Numbered from the stretch's first letter, positions 13,907-22,410 are shown. The stretch is DNA of 64,000 nucleotides from an uncultured virus (IMG/VR IMGVR_UViG_3300044612_002367) (IMGVR_UViG_3300044612_002367); one strand, 5' to 3'. Numbers and translations: made by a program. The notes: generated by a model from the letters alone, not told the origin.

Positions 13907-14098
13907 TTATTCCTCTAAAATATCAGGACAATAATCTTTAATCTCATTTTCCAAAGGCTCATTATCCATTAAGTCTTTGCTATCCACCAATCTTTCATAA
14001 GCAAAAGAATACAAGGTATCAAAATCCATATCATCTAAAAGCCTATAAGCATAGATCCGTATAATATCATCACGATTCTTGTCAGTAATACTTATCAT
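13907..14098 (-). CDS. Small acidic hypothetical protein (paralogue 2)
   Basis: TDKNRD.II..YA..L.D.MD.D.LY.FAYE.LV.SKDL.DN.PLENEI..YCPDIL shared with 13455-13646. Confidence 0.8.
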   Translation of the reverse strand: MISITDKNRDDIIRIYAYRLLDDMDFDTLYSFAYERLVDSKDLMDNEPLENEIKDYCPDILEE

Positions 14099-14357
14099 AT
14101 AATATCAGCCTCCAGGGAAAGGGGTTCGTTATTCTTTTTGACTATATAATTACCTTCATAATTAGCAATAGTATATATCATTTAATTCCACCTACTGCAT
14201 CATCAATATACCAATCATATTCACCATCTCTAGCAAATCCTTCCAAATCTTCACTCAAACTATCAATAGCAAAAGTAGCATCCTCACTATTAGCATCAGA
14301 GATTTCAGGAAAATCAAATACTACATATACTTTCATTTTAATTGACCCCTATTTTTG

Positions 14358-14402
14358 GCTGACTATCTCCACGACCGCTAAATCCGCAGGATTAGGTAAG
14401 AC
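14358..14402. repeat. Motif B copy 1 (GCTGACTA-N15-AATCC-N3-GGATT-AGG)
   Basis: gctgactatctccacgaccgctaaatccgcaggattaggtaagac. Confidence 0.85.
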
Positions 14403-14562
14403 TGTCGAGTAATTTAATATTGATACACAATATCAACTCATTATTACTATACTTTTACATTCTCCTCACTACCCATAGTATACCATACCGTAACACTCGA
14501 CGCAAGTGCTTAGAGAATCTATAGTTACGAAGAGTTTCTTTTGTTACTATAATCTTATTTCC

Positions 14563-14607
14563 GCTGACTATCAGCATGACCAGCAAATCCGGTGGATAAG
14601 GTGATAC
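14563..14607. repeat. Motif B copy 2
   Basis: gctgactatcagcatgaccagcaaatccggtggataaggtgatac. Confidence 0.8.
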
Positions 14608-14746
14608 AGTTGAGTTTATAATGATTGTTATTTATTTTAATTTAGTGATCATAACTCCTTTCCCCACAACCACTTACACTCCATTGTATCGTCACTCCCA
14701 TGGTTGGCACAATAGGCAAAACATATTAACATATTAAAAGCCCCCC

Positions 14747-14790
14747 CTGTCATTTTGGCAGATTTCGCGGGCCGTCTGCCATTTTGGCAG
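14747..14790. repeat. Motif A copy 1 (paired 15-bp palindromic box, 14-bp spacer)
   Basis: ctgtcattttggcag-atttcgcgggccgt-ctgccattttggcag. Confidence 0.95.
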
Positions 14791-14862
14791 TCCATAGAAA
14801 AAAGGAAGGCCGCAGCCGGTTTCCCAGCCGCGGCCCTCCGAGCCATTCCCACCACGAAAGGA

Positions 14863-15807
14863 TCAGATAGCGTTTGCAAATTCCAGGGCCGTTTCAAGAG
14901 CCTTGGCATTATCATTCGCATTTTGTCCGAACCAGAGAGAGTCGAGACGATTATCGGTCGTGCGACCCTTTCCGTAATTCAGATACTCATTAAACCCATT
15001 ATAGGCAGCCCACCAAGTACCGCGAACATTAGTAGCAGCCTGTTTCGGGCCTTCGATACGAGTCAGAATATCATCCATAATATTACGGGTACGAGTCTTA
15101 ATATCCTCGTCAGCACCCTTAATATTCAGGACAATCTTCACATACTTCTCAATATCCTTCTGGTTAAAAGTCTTACTAGCAAGGAATCGGTACTGATCCG
15201 CAGTAGCCTCAAAACCTACATTAATATTATCCATAATATCCCGAACCTGTTCCAGATTCTTCTGGCTGGAGCGAGTATGACGGATGCGAATAAGTTGACT
15301 ATTAGTATGCTTGTGAGCATAAGACAACGTATTCACACAAACCACTCTAATCGGAGTATATCCAACACGAATAGCAGTCGAACCATCATGACTATTACTC
15401 AGCAGGATAAACTTGCAAACCTCATCACCCTTGACAATTTCACTATTGTCGCGGTTAAGTTGAGCAAGCACCCAAACCTTTTGACCACTGTGGAGTGAAC
15501 CAGCAGTATGCAGATTGCACTCACCAGCGTCGAGGAACGGCTGGAACCAATCAAAAGCATCGCGGTTCTGGAGGGGCGTATAACGCGGCCCGACCACTCC
15601 CAGGATGCTACCATCAGTCTTACGGTATGTCGCACGATGCGAAACCGGAACACCATCAACGGTCTGCAAATCCTTCAGACCAACTTCCCAGTCAAGACCA
15701 GCGGCATCAATAGCCTCGCCAATCGACGGAGCCTCATCCAACTGATTGCCCAGGCCATGCCAAGGCGTCTCACCAACAAACATCATCTTCTCAACAGCAG
15801 CAGGCAT
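14863..15807 (-). CDS. DUF932/DUF945-family phage/plasmid protein (TIGR03299-like)
   Basis: PWHGLG, AGLDWEV, LGVVGPRYTPLQN, TAGSL..G.KVW, LLSNSHDGS, TPIRVVCVNT and GTWWAAYN motifs. Confidence 0.9.
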   Translation of the reverse strand: MPAAVEKMMFVGETPWHGLGNQLDEAPSIGEAIDAAGLDWEVGLKDLQTVDGVPVSHRATYRKTDGSILGVVGPRYTPLQNRDAFDWFQPFLDAGECNLHTAGSLHSGQKVWVLAQLNRDNSEIVKGDEVCKFILLSNSHDGSTAIRVGYTPIRVVCVNTLSYAHKHTNSQLIRIRHTRSSQKNLEQVRDIMDNINVGFEATADQYRFLASKTFNQKDIEKYVKIVLNIKGADEDIKTRTRNIMDDILTRIEGPKQAATNVRGTWWAAYNGFNEYLNYGKGRTTDNRLDSLWFGQNANDNAKALETALEFANAI

Positions 15808-15902
15808 CTTCTAACCCTTTCGTGTTATCGTTTCTTCGTTCTACTCCACTCATTCTACAATACAGTATCGGTATGTCAAGCGACTGAATTGAGAAAATTT
15901 TT

Positions 15903-15946
15903 CTGCCATTTTGGCAGGCGAGCCGGGGAAGCTGCCGTTTTGGCAG
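15903..15946. repeat. Motif A copy 2
   Basis: ctgccattttggcag-gcgagccggggaag-ctgccgttttggcag; abuts the stop codon at 15947. Confidence 0.95.
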
Positions 15947-16441
15947 CTAAATATTCAGCAGGGGTATCCCCATATCACGCTGGCATATTTTTGACCCACT
16001 AATATCATCACTATATGCACATTCTTTAGGAAGATAACAATATAATCCTATACATTTACTCCTGGGGTGTTCATCTTTGATAGTGCGTTGAATATGCCGA
16101 ATAGTATCGCCACTACATATAAGGTCGTCAAGGATAATATACCTAAAAGGTGCTATTCCCTCTATGGCAAAGTTTGAATAACGTTTTTCTTGTTCCTTTC
16201 TTACTAGAACAATATTTTTATTCAATAGTTCCGCTACTTGTGGAACAACCATAAGGCCGCTACTTCCACAACAAGCAATACTATCAAATTCATCAGAAAT
16301 TTTTCTCAGATCGCATACTGCTTTGATAATAATCTTTGTACGAATCTTATGATTCAATACGTGGCAAGTATGACTAGCGCCTTGAATAATGCCGTTGTCT
16401 GTTTTTCTGATATCTTCAATAGGATTATTCATTATATTCAT
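15947..16441 (-). CDS. Type I phosphoribosyltransferase-domain protein
   Basis: PRPP-binding loop IILDDLICSGDT, preceded by SGL...VA..L...IVLVRK. Confidence 0.8.
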   Translation of the reverse strand: MNIMNNPIEDIRKTDNGIIQGASHTCHVLNHKIRTKIIIKAVCDLRKISDEFDSIACCGSSGLMVVPQVAELLNKNIVLVRKEQEKRYSNFAIEGIAPFRYIILDDLICSGDTIRHIQRTIKDEHPRSKCIGLYCYLPKECAYSDDISGSKICQRDMGIPLLNI

Positions 16442-16446
16442 AGCAA

Positions 16447-16534
16447 AACGGATGGTACGATTCGAACGTACAGAGAAAAGAAGAAAGGATTGTTTTCCTT
16501 ATAATAGATACTTGTCCCACCAAGTTGCATCCGT
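16447..16534 (-). ncRNA. tRNA-like element / pseudo-tRNA
   Basis: Acceptor ACGGATG/CATCCGT, D-like arm ACTTG..CAAGT, perfect T arm GTACG-TTCGAAT-CGTAC; no normal anticodon arm. Confidence 0.6.
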
Positions 16535-16545
16535 CGGAGAAAAGA

Positions 16546-16686
16546 TCAGTCGTCAACCAGTTCTTGAGTTATATTATGATAATAGTTATCCCAATCACTC
16601 TCTACATCTTCCATACTATATTCGTCATCGTCATAAAGATCGTCGGTATCTTCTAGAATACTTTCATAATCATATTCATAAGTCAT
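16546..16686 (-). CDS. 46-aa very acidic peptide (not in ORF track)
   Basis: MTYEYDYESILEDTDDLYDDEYSMEDVESDWDNYYHNITQELVDD; TAAGGAG RBS and TTGACA-N16-TATAAT promoter upstream. Confidence 0.7.
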   Translation of the reverse strand: MTYEYDYESILEDTDDLYDDDEYSMEDVESDWDNYYHNITQELVDD

Positions 16687-16734
16687 AACTTTTCTCCTTA
16701 TTCCCATTATACACCAAACCGGTCAACTGTCAAG

Positions 16735-16806
16735 TAGGCCCGCAGGGACATGCACCCCGTTCAATAGATTAAAAGTCTATTGCATCACTACTAATGCTTC
16801 AGGCCC
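16735..16806 (-). tRNA. tRNA-Lys(UUU), atypical T-loop
   Basis: Cloverleaf; anticodon arm ATAGA-CTTTTAA-TCTAT; T-loop reads TGCATGT; no encoded CCA. Confidence 0.8.
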
Positions 16807-17027
16807 ATGAACGATTAGTTTATTTCCTCATAACTATAACTATCAACCGGGAAAGTTAGTTGCTGCTCAAGAGTAAAGAAAACATCAGTCCAATCAAATC
16901 CTTCATTCATTTCAACAGTAATATCATTCAGATGTTTCTCACCACTCTCCATCACAATATCATAAATACGCAACTTCTTCATTTCTTCTCTCTTTTGGTA
17001 TTATATCCTATCGAACGCCACTGTCAA

Positions 17028-17100
17028 TAGCCCTACGGAGGATCGAACTCCGATCTCCGGGATGAAAGCCCGGTATACTAAACCATTATACTATAGGGCC
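17028..17100 (-). tRNA. tRNA-Glu(UUC)
   Basis: CCGGG-CTTTCAT-CCCGG; T arm CGGAG-TTCGATC-CTCCG. Confidence 0.95.
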
Positions 17101-17234
17101 ACTCACCATAACTCAAACGTCAGCCTCCGTAACCGTATGATACATTATCGAGTTTCCGTTGTCAAGACTTGAGTTGTTTTTTATTCGAAATGGTGTATAA
17201 TAACTTAGCAAATCAATTTCAAGGAGTTTCGATT

Positions 17235-17735
17235 ATGAACAAGTGTCACAACTGTAACAAACAAACACAAAATCCTAAGTTTTGTTGTAGATCATGCTCA
17301 GCATCTTTTAATAATCATAAATATCCTAAAAGATTTCCTTCTCCTAGAGATGTTAAATGTTTATTTTGTAAAAATGAATGTAAAACTAATAAAAATAAAT
17401 ACTGTTCAAAACAATGTTCAATTAATTATAGGCAAAATCTAAAAGATATCATCATACAAAAAGACGGTTTTGGTTGCGGCCATTATCACAATAACACTAT
17501 TAGAAAATATCTAATAAGAACTCATGGCAATAACTGCATGATTTGTGGTTTAGACGCCACCAATTGGAATAATAAACCAATTACTCTTATAGTGGATCAT
17601 ATAGATGGCAAATCAAATAATAACAAATTAAATAATTTACGGATAGTTTGTCCAAACTGTGATTCTCAATTACCAACTTATAAAGCAAAGAATAAAGGTA
17701 ATAGTAGCAGATCGTACTTTATTGTTCAAAAATAG
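17235..17735 (+). CDS. HNH homing endonuclease with N-terminal Cys-rich repeats
   Basis: FCCRSC and YCSKQC repeats, then CMICG...LIVDHIDG..NNKLNNLRIVCPNC; AAGGAG RBS at 17221; the only plus-strand gene in the tRNA cluster. Confidence 0.9.
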   Translation: MNKCHNCNKQTQNPKFCCRSCSASFNNHKYPKRFPSPRDVKCLFCKNECKTNKNKYCSKQCSINYRQNLKDIIIQKDGFGCGHYHNNTIRKYLIRTHGNNCMICGLDATNWNNKPITLIVDHIDGKSNNNKLNNLRIVCPNCDSQLPTYKAKNKGNSSRSYFIVQK

Positions 17736-17831
17736 GGCCAGAGAGAATCGAACTCCCACTTGTAGGTAATCAGCCTACACCTTCCGGCCGGGGTTATAAG
17801 CCCCGTGTGCTAACCATTACACCATGGCCCC
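17733..17831 (-). tRNA. tRNA-Ile(UAU) with very long variable region
   Basis: Acceptor GGGGCCA/TGGCCCT, anticodon arm CGGGG-CTTATAA-CCCCG, 31-nt variable region, T arm GGGAG-TTCGATT-CTCTC. Confidence 0.8.
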
Positions 17832-17839
17832 ATGAACCG

Positions 17840-17881
17840 ATTATACACTGTGTTATCGGCTTGTCAAGTCCCAAAACTTTA
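17840..17881 (-). promoter_or_regulatory. Overlapping sigma70-like and sigma28-like promoter (type example)
   Basis: Minus strand TAAAGTTTTGGGACTTGACAAGCCGATAACACAGTGTATAAT = TTGACA-N16-TATAAT plus TAAAG-N16-GCCGATAA. Confidence 0.8.
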
Positions 17882-17888
17882 GATTTTC

Positions 17889-17933
17889 GCTGACTACAAC
17901 CACCCTGACCGAATCCGTAGGATTAGGCAAGAC
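17889..17933. repeat. Motif B copy 3
   Basis: gctgactacaaccaccctgaccgaatccgtaggattaggcaagac; abuts the tRNA-Ser 3' end. Confidence 0.9.
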
Positions 17934-18019
17934 GGAATCTGAGGGATTCGAACCCCCGGAGGATTTTAACCCTCGGCTCTTTAGTAAAAAGCTGCCTTCA
18001 ACCACTCGGCCAAGATTCC
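17933..18019 (-). tRNA. tRNA-Ser(ACU)
   Basis: Acceptor GGAATCT/AGATTCC, G discriminator, long variable arm, anticodon loop TTACTAA. Confidence 0.85.
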
Positions 18020-18023
18020 TAAA

Positions 18024-18095
18024 CACACGGGGTAGGATTCGAACCTACATCTGACAAATTAACAGTTTGGGGCATTACCATTATGCTACCCGTGT
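18024..18095 (-). tRNA. tRNA-Asn(GUU)
   Basis: Loop CTGTTAA; T arm GTAGG-TTCGAAT-CCTAC. Confidence 0.9.
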
Positions 18096-18113
18096 TCATT
18101 ATGTAACCAACTA

Positions 18114-18184
18114 TTCCGGGACTACGATTTGAACGTAGAATAAAGGATCCAAAGTCCTCTGTGATACCGTTTCACCATCCCGGA
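18114..18184 (-). tRNA. tRNA-Gln(UUG)
   Basis: GAGGA-CTTTGGA-TCCTT; acceptor TCCGGGA/TCCCGGA. Confidence 0.9.
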
Positions 18185-18185
18185 G

Positions 18186-18257
18186 AGCCGACGAAAGGAT
18201 TTGAACCTTCAACCTATTGATTACAAATCAATTGCACTACCGTTGTGCTACATCGGC
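18186..18257 (-). tRNA. tRNA-Thr(UGU)
   Basis: ATTGA-TTTGTAA-TCAAT; acceptor GCCGATG/CGTCGGC. Confidence 0.95.
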
Positions 18258-18730
18258 AAGACTACATATCATACTCATCTCGCCAACTTTTGTCAATATC
18301 GTGCCGTGTTCGTTGACGCTTGGGCCTGTTGTCCATAGACGTATCCCGGCGATCTTCTCTGTGACCCGTAGAGATTTCCCAAGGCTGTTTGGTTTTGACC
18401 TTGAACTTGCCGTACTTGCGGCGTGGCCTCATATCGTCGTTGTTGTGGAGCGTAATCATACCATTGACCATTTTCGTGTAAATAAAAAACCTTATCTAAA
18501 TTAGGATCGTACGCCATTAAACAGTATTGTACCGGATAAACTGTTTTTGTCAATTGTTTTTGTTTTGGTATTTGTGGTAGGTGTATCTCACCCTTTTGAT
18601 AATCTTTTACACTATTCCACACAAATCCTAACAAAGCAATCGCTACTCCTACCCACTGTATCATACGCTCTCCGTTTGTCAACCGTCGTTTCATAATCTT
18701 TTATCGGTTGTCGATGGCTAAAACTTTAGT

Positions 18731-18774
18731 CTGCCTTTTTGGCAGATGGGCCGCGGAGGCTGCCGTTTTGGCAG
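18731..18774. repeat. Motif A copy 3
   Basis: ctgcctttttggcag-atgggccgcggagg-ctgccgttttggcag; abuts the stop at 18775. Confidence 0.95.
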
Positions 18775-19000
18775 CTACTCCAGTTTCCACCCCGCCAACT
18801 TAGCCACTTTACTTAAACTAATTACCTTAGTTTCTTTATCAGCAGTAATATAATCTCTATACCCACGCTCATCAACATAAAAGTACTCATCTAATACATC
18901 AAACTGGTTAGTTTCCCACAATGCAATTTGAGCAGCCTCAACCGGCTTAGAATTAGGAGCAGAATAAATCAACTCTAAACTACCACACTTAATATAATAT

Positions 19001-19597
19001 TTAGACATTGTTATACCTCGCTCTACACTGTTCACAATAACAGTCGCTATCTTCGTCACCATCCCAACAAACTTCCGGGAAATTATCTCCATCATCACTT
19101 ACACTTTCAGCACCGAAGTCGATGGGGACAATAATTCTTTTATCTCCACGTTTGACATACCCAAGATTATTAGGGTGAGCATCATTATAACTCAATCCAT
19201 AATTATCACTAATATCTCCTAGCATATCTTGTATAGAAGAATAGTTTTCACAAAGATCGCAATGAGCACAATCTCCATCACAATCTTCACTATCACAAAA
19301 ATATGTACTAGCAATTTCGGTCAAATAACCCCAATCGCTCAAAACCATATGAGTAACAGCCTTGATACCGCCGCGACCGTCGCTAGTTGCAAAATAATTA
19401 GGAACTCTAATTTTACAAACCGGACTATAAACTTCAGGAGCAAGATAAGGGGCTAGTTCACTTTGCACAGCATGAGCAAAAGTAGCCAGACTCTTATTAG
19501 GGAATCCCTTGAATCCGTACTTTTTGCCTTTTACTTTATAGAAAGTATTTTTGCTACCACTACCCGAAAACTTACCAACGTAACTATACTTATTCAT
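19001..19597 (-). CDS. Protein-kinase-like (PKL fold) protein
   Basis: Gly-rich GSGSK, GFK, catalytic-loop-like DAHPNNLG, IDFG; Cys/Asp-rich insert. Confidence 0.65.
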   Translation of the reverse strand: MNKYSYVGKFSGSGSKNTFYKVKGKKYGFKGFPNKSLATFAHAVQSELAPYLAPEVYSPVCKIRVPNYFATSDGRGGIKAVTHMVLSDWGYLTEIASTYFCDSEDCDGDCAHCDLCENYSSIQDMLGDISDNYGLSYNDAHPNNLGYVKRGDKRIIVPIDFGAESVSDDGDNFPEVCWDGDEDSDCYCEQCRARYNNV

Positions 19598-19608
19598 TGT
19601 AAAAATTC

Positions 19609-20319
19609 TTAGTGAGCAGGAAAAAGCACGTTAGCCAGACCACGCGGACACAAATCACAATGTACGCTATTCTTGGTTTTTGTGCAAGTCACAACGCCAC
19701 GACCACGACGAATTTCCGGACAAGTAATAAACTTTTCACCCTCTAGCACAACCAGTTTCGGCAATGTTTTACGCCATGCGTCAGCCTTAGCCTTACTACG
19801 CGGACGCTTGGGGGCAATCTTAGTATCACTATCACACCATGCGAAATGCTTGAAACCAGCGGCTTTGGCTTGTTTCATATCTTCACCATCGTGGATACTA
19901 GCATACATATTTATATACTTGCCAAGTTCAAGAGACAGTCGAGTATCATAAATATGGGTATAGGCCCACATGGTCGGCAGACTACCACCACTAGCAAGAA
20001 TACTTTCACAAGCCCACAATACATTATCAACGTACTCATTATCAAGTTTGCCATCCTTGAAAAAGTCGCCACGCTCGTGCCAGCGAACATCTTTATTTTT
20101 CTTGACAGCATCTACAAGCATAGAACGAATACGATTTTTTTCCGTGATAAGATTTTGCATACCAGCGGGACGAACACCGGGATAGATATTTTCCAAGTCC
20201 TCAGCATAGCAACCATTACCGAGAAAATCACAATCGGGCGGGCAAGTATCGCCAACCGGGCGACTAACAACTATGCAGTTTTCCTTGCCCAACTTATCAT
20301 TACCATTTGCAGTTTTCAT
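19609..20319 (-). CDS. GP88-like (radical-SAM-related) phage protein
   Basis: GNDKLG, TCP..C....GCYA, VRWHERGDF, WAYT, C-terminal CP..TC..C..C..FPAH. Confidence 0.6.
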   Translation of the reverse strand: MKTANGNDKLGKENCIVVSRPVGDTCPPDCDFLGNGCYAEDLENIYPGVRPAGMQNLITEKNRIRSMLVDAVKKNKDVRWHERGDFFKDGKLDNEYVDNVLWACESILASGGSLPTMWAYTHIYDTRLSLELGKYINMYASIHDGEDMKQAKAAGFKHFAWCDSDTKIAPKRPRSKAKADAWRKTLPKLVVLEGEKFITCPEIRRGRGVVTCTKTKNSVHCDLCPRGLANVLFPAH

Positions 20320-20393
20320 CTTTTTTCTCCGTGTCTCAGTATTCTACACTAGAGTATCGGCTTGTCAAATGAAAAAACTTGAAAGAATTTCGT

Positions 20394-20437
20394 ATGCCAT
20401 TTTGGCAGATGGGCCGCGGAGCCTGCCATTTTGGCAG
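20394..20437. repeat. Motif A copy 4
   Basis: atgccattttggcag-atgggccgcggagc-ctgccattttggcag; 3 nt from the tRNA-Asp 3' end. Confidence 0.95.
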
Positions 20438-20440
20438 AGG

Positions 20441-20514
20441 CGAGAGCGACGGGACTTGAACCCGCAACCTTTAGCGTGACAGGCTAACGATCTAACCAAT
20501 TGATCTACGCTCCC
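20441..20514 (-). tRNA. tRNA-Asp(GUC)
   Basis: TTAGC-CTGTCAC-GCTAA; canonical arms. Confidence 0.95.
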
Positions 20515-20517
20515 AAA

Positions 20518-20589
20518 TAGCCCCAGGAGGAATCGAACCTCCAATAACTGCTTAGAAGGCAGTTGTTATATCCATTTAACTATAGGGCC
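20518..20589 (-). tRNA. tRNA-Arg(UCU)
   Basis: ACTGC-CTTCTAA-GCAGT; T arm GGAGG-TTCGATT-CCTCC. Confidence 0.95.
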
Positions 20590-21271
20590 GTGTTTCTATT
20601 ATAACATAACCCACTCAATGCCGCAAGCCCCTATGGCGTCCCATAGAGGCTATACGGTTTGATGGTGGAGCCACTTTACCATCGTTATATTACTAGTAGC
20701 AGACCCCTTCCCAGCAACCACTCTGGTTATTAGTTGGTTAGACTCTACTAGGTGGGTATTGCCCACATATTACGCGGGAAGTTATCCCGCCGCACTATGC
20801 CTAAAATCTATTTATACTGGCATAGTCCAGTTTGTCAATTCAGGCAACAGCCTCCGCTTCCGCCTTGCTGTTGTGAGCGTCACCAGCCTGCTCGGCAGTA
20901 ACGCCAGTCACCCTAGCACGCCAAACCTTGTAACCCTGCTCGCTAAAACTCTTGACCTCGCCAGCCTTGACATTCGCATGAACATCACCGGGCAGACTAT
21001 CGCTCAGGCAAGAACGAATCGACTCCACAACACCATCACGATCAAGATCATCAGCAACAACATCAACAACAAAAGAAAACTTCTTCATAGTAAACCCTTC
21101 CAAGTTAGTGTTATCAACCAAGTAAACAGATTATACAAACCACTCATCACTTGTCAAGAGCCAATCCGAACTTTTCTTTGCGTTGGGATCGTTTGGCGTC
21201 TTGTCGTGTGATGCTATCATCATACCATAGAGTATCGGCTAGTCAACAGCATCTCGTGAATATTTTTTGCT

Positions 21272-21315
21272 CTGCCATTTTGGCAGCCGGGCCGCGGCGC
21301 CTGCCGTTTTGGCAG
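21272..21315. repeat. Motif A copy 5
   Basis: ctgccattttggcag-ccgggccgcggcgc-ctgccgttttggcag; abuts the stop at 21316. Confidence 0.95.
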
Positions 21316-21705
21316 TTATGAGAGATAACCCTCACAACCCAAACCAGCAAGATCACGCAGCAACTTTTCAGCCGCCTCGGGAGTCTTGAGAGTAATACTC
21401 TGCTTCGCACCAGCAGAGGCAGGAACGAACTTGTCGTACTTCCAACCGCCCACCAGAGCATCCGTCCAATCCTTGCTTTCCTTCAAGCCCCATCCGGTGT
21501 GGAGTCGAATAGCCTTTATGCAAGAGATACGATTGTCCAGATTCATTCCGTTCGTGATGGTAATGGTACGATTCTGGTTCACGCCCAACTCCATCTCAAA
21601 GGCGTTCACGATCTTGTGATACAGTTCGACATCGTTGTTGTATGCCCAACTAGTAGCCAGATTCATAGCCTCACGAACACTCAGTTGCAGATTAATCATA
21701 TTCAA
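21316..21705 (-). CDS. Protein with ribosomal protein bL12 (L7/L12) C-terminal-like domain
   Basis: RISCIKAIRLHTGWGLKESKDWTD..EAAEKLLRDLAGLG resembles bL12 CTD KIxVIKxVRxxTGLGLKEAKxLVE. Confidence 0.7.
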   Translation of the reverse strand: MNMINLQLSVREAMNLATSWAYNNDVELYHKIVNAFEMELGVNQNRTITITNGMNLDNRISCIKAIRLHTGWGLKESKDWTDALVGGWKYDKFVPASAGAKQSITLKTPEAAEKLLRDLAGLGCEGYLS

Positions 21706-22177
21706 ACCCTTTCTTCCAAAATATAAACTTGTTTGCCGTTAGTCAGTAAAGTAGCGTATTCGCTATCGTCCCAAACGAATTCGTTGCTATCGCTTTCTCG
21801 TCGCCAGAACGGATCGCGGATTGGATTATAGTATAACTTTTCAAGATTGTCAACAGGCAAAAGTGGATGAAAATCTTTTCGTAACATCAATTCTTCACAT
21901 CTTACCCATCCACTCACATCATGCACACCAGCCTCAAATACCTTTTTAGCCTTATTAGGCTTATTTATTAATCTACAACCCCTCATTTCCAACTGATATT
22001 CAGCAGGATTATAATAATAAACATCAACTTTCTTACTACCACGCATGACTTTTAGTTGCCAATGCATGTAGTTAGCCCCACTGCTCAAATGGAATCGTAC
22101 TTCGCCATGTAGTGGTTTTGTTTTCATGCTACTAGCATACCTTATCGACCAATCGTTGTCAAGATCATTAATTTCTC

Positions 22178-22222
22178 GCTGACTATCAGCACGACCGGCA
22201 AATCCGTAGGATTAGGAAAGAC
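22178..22222. repeat. Motif B copy 4
   Basis: gctgactatcagcacgaccggcaaatccgtaggattaggaaagac. Confidence 0.9.
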
Positions 22223-22366
22223 AAGAGGATCGGGTTATGCCATACTCGGCCTTGCATTTAACCGCGGCTTCTTTGATATCATTTTGCCAACGGCCCGCAT
22301 CCACTTGTCCCTTAAGTATACTATTAGTATCGGAATGGTCAAGAGAAAGATTTAAAAAATTTTGGT

Positions 22367-22410
22367 ATGCCATTTTGGCAGATGGTGCGGCCCGGCCGCC
22401 ATTTTGGCAG
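22367..22410. repeat. Motif A copy 6
   Basis: atgccattttggcag-atggtgcggcccgg-ccgccattttggcag. Confidence 0.95.

Noticed and set aside
14704..14719. TTGGCACAATAGGC as a sigma54 site
   Set aside because: GG-to-GC spacing is 8, not the required 10.
14755..16002. Plus-strand ORFs 14755-15498, 15495-15713, 15508-16002 and minus ORF 14649-14921
   Set aside because: Antisense to the clear DUF932 gene or running through motif A; no RBS or recognisable motifs.
17889..17933. Motif B as a hammerhead or tRNA-associated HDV-like (theta) ribozyme
   Set aside because: CTGACTA is not CUGANGA with a GAAA partner, I could not build the nested pseudoknot, and five of six copies are not beside tRNAs.
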